A stretch of 64,000 bases of DNA, from positions 80,601 to 144,600 of the forward strand of contig OZ244168.1 of NCBI GenBank assembly GCA_965216555.1, written 5' to 3'. Below the pieces are notes generated by a model that had not been told where the DNA came from, did not search any database, and saw only the letters and a program-made list of their open reading frames with translations. A program made the translations under genes and the position numbers. This DNA comes from Erythrobacter sp. GTDB taxonomy: Bacteria > Pseudomonadota > Alphaproteobacteria > Sphingomonadales > Sphingomonadaceae. Below are positions 59,119-64,000 of this stretch, one piece after another. How positions within the stretch are numbered: position 1 is the stretch's first letter; every line of letters begins with the position of its first letter.

Positions 59119-60096
59119 ATGGCCCTCTTGATGCCTCCCGAATGGGCGCCGCAAGAATGGCTGTGGATCGGCTTTCCGCATCTGGCCGAGGAATGGCCTG
59201 GCGTGCTCGAGCCAGCGCAGCAGCAGATCGCTGCGTTTGCGAGCACGGTCGCCGAAAGCGGTCAGGGTGTGCGGCTGATTGTCAGGGACGAGGCCAATGC
59301 CGCTCGCGCCAGACAATTGGTCAGCGCGGCGGTCACAATCGAACAGCGTCGCTATGGCGATATCTGGCTGCGCGACACCGGCCCCTTGGTCGTGCGCAAT
59401 GGCGAAAGGTGCGAAGCCCGGCGTTTCGGATTCAATGGCTGGGGCGGAAAATACAAAATGGATGGGGACGAGGCGATCGGGGCTGAGCTTGCGCAAGACG
59501 CTGGCTTGCCGGTGCAGAGTGACCCGATGGTGCTTGAAGGCGGTGCAATTGACGGCGACGGGACGGGGCTGGTGGCGACGACCGAGCAATGCCTGCTCAA
59601 CCCCAACCGCAATCCGGACCTGAGTCGTGAGGCGATGGAGGACAGGCTTCAATCCATGCTCGGCTTCGATCGCGTGTTGTGGCTCGGCGATGGCCTGATC
59701 AACGATCATACCGATGGCCATATCGACAATTTGGCGCGGTTCGTTGCGCCCAATCGCATGCTCGTCCCCGAGGCGAGCGGAGCGGATGATCCCAATGCGG
59801 CGATCTATGCCGATGCCAAGCGGCGCATCGAGCAATTTGGAGTGGAGACAGCGACCATTCCGTCGCCCGGCCTGATTCTTCGCGACGGCGAGATCGAACC
59901 GGCAAGCTATGCCAATTTTGCGATCACAAGCCATTGCGTGGTGGTGCCCACCTTTGGCTCACCCTATGACGAGGCGGGTGTGGCTGCGATTGCCGCGCAC
60001 TTCCCTGATCGCGAAACGATCGGCTTGCCCGCTGATGCCGTCCTGGCGGGCGGCGGCGGTTTTCATTGCGCCAGCCAGCAAATGCCAGCGCTCTAG
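59119..60096 (+). CDS. Agmatine/peptidylarginine deiminase family protein
   Basis: MPPEWAP, WLRDTGP, LEGGAID, DHTDGHID, GGGFHCASQQ (catalytic Cys). Confidence 0.92.
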   Translation: MALLMPPEWAPQEWLWIGFPHLAEEWPGVLEPAQQQIAAFASTVAESGQGVRLIVRDEANAARARQLVSAAVTIEQRRYGDIWLRDTGPLVVRNGERCEARRFGFNGWGGKYKMDGDEAIGAELAQDAGLPVQSDPMVLEGGAIDGDGTGLVATTEQCLLNPNRNPDLSREAMEDRLQSMLGFDRVLWLGDGLINDHTDGHIDNLARFVAPNRMLVPEASGADDPNAAIYADAKRRIEQFGVETATIPSPGLILRDGEIEPASYANFAITSHCVVVPTFGSPYDEAGVAAIAAHFPDRETIGLPADAVLAGGGGFHCASQQMPAL

Positions 60097-60103
60097 GGCA
60101 GAG

Positions 60104-60118
60104 TTAACGGTTCATTAG
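60104..60118 (+). promoter_or_regulatory. CtrA-like box TTAA-N7-TTAG
   Basis: TTAA-CGGTTCA-TTAG, 24 nt upstream of the small ORF at 60143. Confidence 0.5.
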
Positions 60119-60142
60119 GACATTGCCGCGATCCTTCGCCGT

Positions 60143-60277
60143 ATGAGCAAGGCTATCGCCCTTACCAACACAGTCCAGCGCGCGACGCTTGATCGTTCGC
60201 ACGATATTGCCCGAGGCATGATTGTACTCGGCTGCGCTGCGGCTCTGATCCTGGCTGGTCAGCCGCTGCCATTTTGA
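60143..60277 (+). CDS. 44-aa small membrane protein
   Basis: Hand translation: MSKAIALTNTVQRATLDRSHDIARGMIVLGCAAALILAGQPLPF*; C-terminal hydrophobic helix; fills an otherwise empty intergenic gap. Below the track's size cut-off. Confidence 0.6.
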   Translation: MSKAIALTNTVQRATLDRSHDIARGMIVLGCAAALILAGQPLPF

Positions 60278-60293
60278 TGCGCCTTTCCCGCGC

Positions 60294-60319
60294 GTAACCT
60301 TCCCGATCTTTCGAGCGAA
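60294..60319 (+). promoter_or_regulatory. ECF16/SigF-type promoter GTAACC-N16-CGAA
   Basis: GTAACC (60294-60299), 16 nt, CGAA (60316-60319); DUF1223 start 35 nt downstream. Confidence 0.65.
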
Positions 60320-60353
60320 CTCTCTCTAGACCCTTTCGTCTGGGAGAATACCC

Positions 60354-61109
60354 GTGATCAAATCGATGACCGCCCTGTTGCTTGGCTGGCTTGCTCTTGC
60401 CGGGGCCGCAGTGATCGCCCCCGATGTGTCGCAAGCGCAGAGCGGCTCTGCATCATCTCCCGGCAGCGAGCCGGTCCTGCTCGAACTGTTCACCAGCCAG
60501 GGCTGCTCATCATGCCCGCCGGCTGACCGATTGGCTGCACGGCTCGCTCAAGAACCAGGCCTTGTCGTGATTTCCCGACCCGTGACCTATTGGGATCGAC
60601 TTGGCTGGAAGGACACTCTGGCGCGCGAAGAGAACACCAACCTCCAACGCACCTATGCCAGGCGCAATCTCGAGGGGCGCAACGGGGTCTACACACCGCA
60701 GATCGTTACCGATGGCATGTTTGGCGCGGTCGGATCGCGCGAACGGCAAGTTCGCGGCCAGATCGCTCGCGCCCGTCCGCAACGCAGCGCAATCATCCGC
60801 GTACAGCATGGCGAGAATGGCGATATCGGAATCGGTATTGGCGGCCGCACCAACAGGCGCGCCGAACTGGTGCTGATGGCGGTTTCGAGCCACGAAACTG
60901 TGCAGATTGGCCGCGGCGAAAACCGTGGTCGCAGCATCGGCTACACCAATGTGCTGCTGAATGAGACCGTGATCGGCAGCTGGCAGGGGGGCAAAGGCAG
61001 CCACCTCCTGCGCGGCGACATGCTGCAATATCCAGGTGCGGATCGCTTTGCCCTTGTCCTGCGGGTGCCGGGTGGGGGCGACGTGCTCGCTGCGCGCTGG
61101 ATCGCTTAG
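60354..61109 (+). CDS. DUF1223 secreted thioredoxin-like protein
   Basis: Signal peptide; ELFTSQGCSSCPPAD (CxxC), VTYWDRLGWKD, VYTPQ. Confidence 0.92.
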   Translation: MIKSMTALLLGWLALAGAAVIAPDVSQAQSGSASSPGSEPVLLELFTSQGCSSCPPADRLAARLAQEPGLVVISRPVTYWDRLGWKDTLAREENTNLQRTYARRNLEGRNGVYTPQIVTDGMFGAVGSRERQVRGQIARARPQRSAIIRVQHGENGDIGIGIGGRTNRRAELVLMAVSSHETVQIGRGENRGRSIGYTNVLLNETVIGSWQGGKGSHLLRGDMLQYPGADRFALVLRVPGGGDVLAARWIA

Positions 61110-61852
61110 TCGAGCAGCTTGATCAAAGCGGCCAAAGCCGCCGCTGCCAGCACGATCGCAACGAAGCTGCGCCACAATCGATCGCTGACCTTGCCAAAGG
61201 CGAGCGACCCGATCCAATTGCCCAGCAGGACCAGCGGAAACAGGCCGAGGCCAAGCCACAGAGTGCGCCATTCGAGCACGCCAATCGCCGCGCCTGAGCC
61301 GATCCCGGCTATGGCTGCCACGCCGAACACACCGATCATCGAAGCGCGCGCTGTCTGACGCGGAATATCGCGCCCGACATAATAGGGCACGACCGGCGGC
61401 CCGGGCATCGCGGCAAAGCCGGTGAGGATACCGGCGGATAGGCCGGTGAGCCCGGTCGTAATTGGACCGGGAATGTGCGCCTGGCGCTGAGGCAGCAGGA
61501 TCGCGAAGAACGCCGACAGCGCGACCAGCGCGATCAGAAGCCGCGCAAGACCCTGCGGCGTCGCGGCGAGCAGCATCAATCCCGGTGCGGTCGCGATCAC
61601 CACCAGAATGCTGATCGTCAGCGCAGACCGTTCGGCTTCGCGCAGGATGTAGCGGATCTCGCTCAATGCCAGCAGGCCGGCCATGACATTGATCGCGAGC
61701 ACGGCCTGGACCGGCGTCAATGCGAGAGCGAGGATCGGCACCAGCAGGATGCCAAAGCCAAACCCGGTCAGCCCGCGAATGAAGGCTGCTCCAAAGGTAG
61801 CCACAACCGCAATCGCGATCTGCGTCGCGCTGAAACCAGCGAGCAGGTCCAA
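61106..61852 (-). CDS. TauE/SafE-family membrane transporter
   Basis: AAFIRGLTGFGFG and GILTGFAAMPGPP repeats; about 8 TM segments; TTG start. Confidence 0.88.
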   Translation of the reverse strand: MDLLAGFSATQIAIAVVATFGAAFIRGLTGFGFGILLVPILALALTPVQAVLAINVMAGLLALSEIRYILREAERSALTISILVVIATAPGLMLLAATPQGLARLLIALVALSAFFAILLPQRQAHIPGPITTGLTGLSAGILTGFAAMPGPPVVPYYVGRDIPRQTARASMIGVFGVAAIAGIGSGAAIGVLEWRTLWLGLGLFPLVLLGNWIGSLAFGKVSDRLWRSFVAIVLAAAALAALIKLLD

Positions 61853-61856
61853 AGGG

Positions 61857-63869
61857 CTAATCTCTCAGATCTGGCGGTGTGGCGGCAGAAGTGAGCTGCG
61901 CGATTGCCTCATCGACGGACAGGACTTGCTGTTCCTTTTCGCCCAGGGTCCGCATGGCAATTGTGCCCTCTTCGGCCTCACGCTTGCCGACGACGAGCAG
62001 ATGCGGGACCTTCGCCAGCGAATGTTCGCGGATCTTGTAGTTGATCTTCTCGTTGCGAAGGTCCGAACTGGCGCGCAGGCCCGCTGCGACCAGTTTGGCT
62101 TCGATCTCCTGCGCATAGCCATCAACGTCGGAGACGATCGGCGCGACAACCGCCTGCATCGGCGCAAGCCACACTGGCAGACGGCCAGCATAATGCTCGA
62201 TCAAGATGCCGATAAATCGCTCATAAGAGCCGAAAATCGCGCGGTGCAGCATGACCGGGCGATGCTTCTCGCCATCCTCGCCAATATAGGTGGCGTCGAG
62301 GCGATCGGGCAGCACGCGATCGGACTGGATCGTTCCGACCTGCCAAGTGCGACCAATCGCGTCGGTCAGATGCCATTCGAGCTTGGGAGCGTAGAATGCG
62401 CCTTCGCCCGGAAGTTCTTCCCAGCCGAATTCCTCATTGGCCATTCCGGCTTGGACCACGGCGTCGCGCAATTCCTGCTCGGCCTTGTCCCAATCCGCTT
62501 CCGAGCCGAACCGTTTCTCCGGACGCAGCGCGAGCTTGATCTCGTATTTGAAGCCGAAATCCTTGTAGACTCCGTCCGCCAGCTGGCAGAAGCGCTGAAC
62601 CTCTTCGACAACCTGATCTTCGGTGCAGAAGATATGCGCATCGTCCTGCGTGAACTGGCGCACGCGCATCAATCCGTGCAGCGCGCCATGCGGTTCGTTG
62701 CGGTGGCAGCACCCCATCTCGCCCAGCCTGATCGGCAGATCGCGATAAGAAGTGATGCCCTGCTTGAACACCAGCACGTGGGCGGGGCAGTTCATCGGCT
62801 TGATCGCCATCCAATCGGCATCTGCGGCGACCTTGGGGGCCGCCACGCCGCTTTCTTCGTCGACGTCAGGGACGATATCGGGAACGGCAAACATGTTTTC
62901 GGCATATTTGCCCCAGTGGCCGGATTGCTCCCACTGGCGCACATCCATCACTTGTGGCGTCTTGATCTCACGATAGCCGCCGCCATCCATCTTGCGGCGC
63001 ATATAGGCTTCCAGCTCGCGCCAGATGCGATAGCCCTTGGGGTGCCAGAACACGCTGCCATGCGCTTCTTCTTGCAAGTGGAACAGATCCATCTCGCGAC
63101 CGAGCTTGCGGTGGTCGCGCTTGGCCGCTTCTTCCAGGCGGTGGAGGTGAGCGTTGAGCTGCTTCTTGTTGAGCCAGCCAGTGCCATAGATGCGCGTCAG
63201 CTGCGCGTTGCGCTGGTCACCACGCCAATAGGCACCTGCCACCCGCATCAGCTTGAATGCTTGCGGATCAAGCTTGCCGGTCGAGGCAAGGTGCGGGCCG
63301 CGACACATGTCGAGCCAGTCATCGCCTGACCAATAGACTGTCAGCTCCTCATCTTCGGGGAGCTCCTTGGCCCATTCAGCCTTGAAGGCCTCGCCTTCGC
63401 TGTCCCATTTCTCGATCAGCTGCTGGCGTGACCACACTTCGCGGCGCAGCGGTTTGTCGGCCTTGATGATTTCGCGCATCTTCTCTTCGATCGCGGGAAG
63501 ATCATCCATGCTGAAGGGATCGCGCGAGGCTGGCGCCATCACGTCGTAATAGAAACCATCATCGGTGGCTGGGCCGAAGGTGATTTGCGTGCCGGGCCAC
63601 AAGGCTTGGACAGCCTCGGCCAGAATATGCGCATAGTCGTGGCGAACGAGTTCAAGCGCGTCTTCCTCGTCACGCGCAGTGATCAACGCCAATTCAGCGT
63701 CGCCTTCAAACGGGCGGTTGAGATCGCGCACTTCCCCGTCGACGCGCGCGGCGAGCGCGGCCTTGGCCAGGCCCGGCCCGATCGCAGCGGCGACATCAGC
63801 CGGCGTGCTGCCAGCTTCCATTTCGCGCACTGAGCCATCGGGCAGGCTGATTTTGAGCAATTCGGTCAT
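61857..63869 (-). CDS. thrS: Threonine--tRNA ligase
   Basis: TGS N-domain (LPDGS), DMCRGPH, GAYWRG, DHRKLG, KPMNCP, HRNE, WQVGTIQ. Confidence 0.98.
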   Translation of the reverse strand: MTELLKISLPDGSVREMEAGSTPADVAAAIGPGLAKAALAARVDGEVRDLNRPFEGDAELALITARDEEDALELVRHDYAHILAEAVQALWPGTQITFGPATDDGFYYDVMAPASRDPFSMDDLPAIEEKMREIIKADKPLRREVWSRQQLIEKWDSEGEAFKAEWAKELPEDEELTVYWSGDDWLDMCRGPHLASTGKLDPQAFKLMRVAGAYWRGDQRNAQLTRIYGTGWLNKKQLNAHLHRLEEAAKRDHRKLGREMDLFHLQEEAHGSVFWHPKGYRIWRELEAYMRRKMDGGGYREIKTPQVMDVRQWEQSGHWGKYAENMFAVPDIVPDVDEESGVAAPKVAADADWMAIKPMNCPAHVLVFKQGITSYRDLPIRLGEMGCCHRNEPHGALHGLMRVRQFTQDDAHIFCTEDQVVEEVQRFCQLADGVYKDFGFKYEIKLALRPEKRFGSEADWDKAEQELRDAVVQAGMANEEFGWEELPGEGAFYAPKLEWHLTDAIGRTWQVGTIQSDRVLPDRLDATYIGEDGEKHRPVMLHRAIFGSYERFIGILIEHYAGRLPVWLAPMQAVVAPIVSDVDGYAQEIEAKLVAAGLRASSDLRNEKINYKIREHSLAKVPHLLVVGKREAEEGTIAMRTLGEKEQQVLSVDEAIAQLTSAATPPDLRD

Positions 63870-64000
63870 CGATCAATTCCGTATCGTTTGGCGCGCCCAT
63901 GGCACAAGTGCGCGCACGCTTGAAGTGCGGTGTTGAGGTTTCAGACCGATTTCAGGGGGCCAACACCGCGCCACCCGAAGCCGGGTGGCGGTGCGCCGCG

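Noticed and set aside
61683-63329. 548-aa ORF antisense to thrS (similar long shadows: 43922-45172 on murA, 53587-54894, 157-1095, 39456-40442)
   Set aside because: These are typical stop-poor antisense frames of high-GC genes, with no recognisable motifs or SD sequences, and they fully overlap confident genes.
63910-63929. 5-bp stem / 7-nt loop in the thrS leader as a tRNA-Thr anticodon mimic
   Set aside because: The loop UUCAAGC would present CAA, not the NGU that ThrRS recognises.
1-64000. CRISPR arrays, tRNA/rRNA genes, IS elements, prophage or defence islands
   Set aside because: I found no regularly spaced repeats, tRNA T-loop/cloverleaf pattern, transposase, integrase or phage motifs by manual reading; tRNAscan-SE, Infernal and DefenseFinder runs would be needed to exclude them formally.

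Overview
This is a GC-rich alphaproteobacterial chromosome segment. I infer Sphingomonadales, probably Erythrobacteraceae, from gene content and order (DUF3576-leuS-lptE-holA, rnd-lptC-lptA, exosortase-A-associated sugar genes, phaZ/phaB). About 60 CDS are tightly packed and mostly housekeeping or lipid/acyl-CoA metabolism: ppk2, phhA, uppP, phaZ, gltB-gltD, ung, rnd, lptC/A/E, holA, leuS, phaB, murA, galU, bcp, glnE, thrS. I saw no rRNA, tRNA, CRISPR array, transposase, integrase or prophage gene. One correction to the supplied track: the 430-aa cytochrome P450 at 49528..50820 is labelled '+' but is encoded on the minus strand. Several genuine small or alternative-start genes are missing from the track or mis-started (partial 1..308, 827..1066, 20133..20309, 46229..46792, 60143..60277). 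The best leads are: (i) an acyl-CoA dehydrogenase / mesaconyl-CoA C1-C4 transferase-like / thiolase / mesaconyl-C4-CoA hydratase-like cluster with no citramalyl-CoA lyase in the window; (ii) an SPFH + ribbon-helix-helix operon preceded by a 38-bp palindromic operator; (iii) an exact ECF16/SigF-type promoter in front of a DUF1223 CxxC protein; (iv) CtrA-like motifs, two of them sharing a 24-bp extended pattern and one preceding an unannotated 44-aa protein; (v) a three-hairpin RNA element behind an M23 peptidase; (vi) a secreted CpcT-like protein. All family assignments come from motif recognition by eye, not from database searches.
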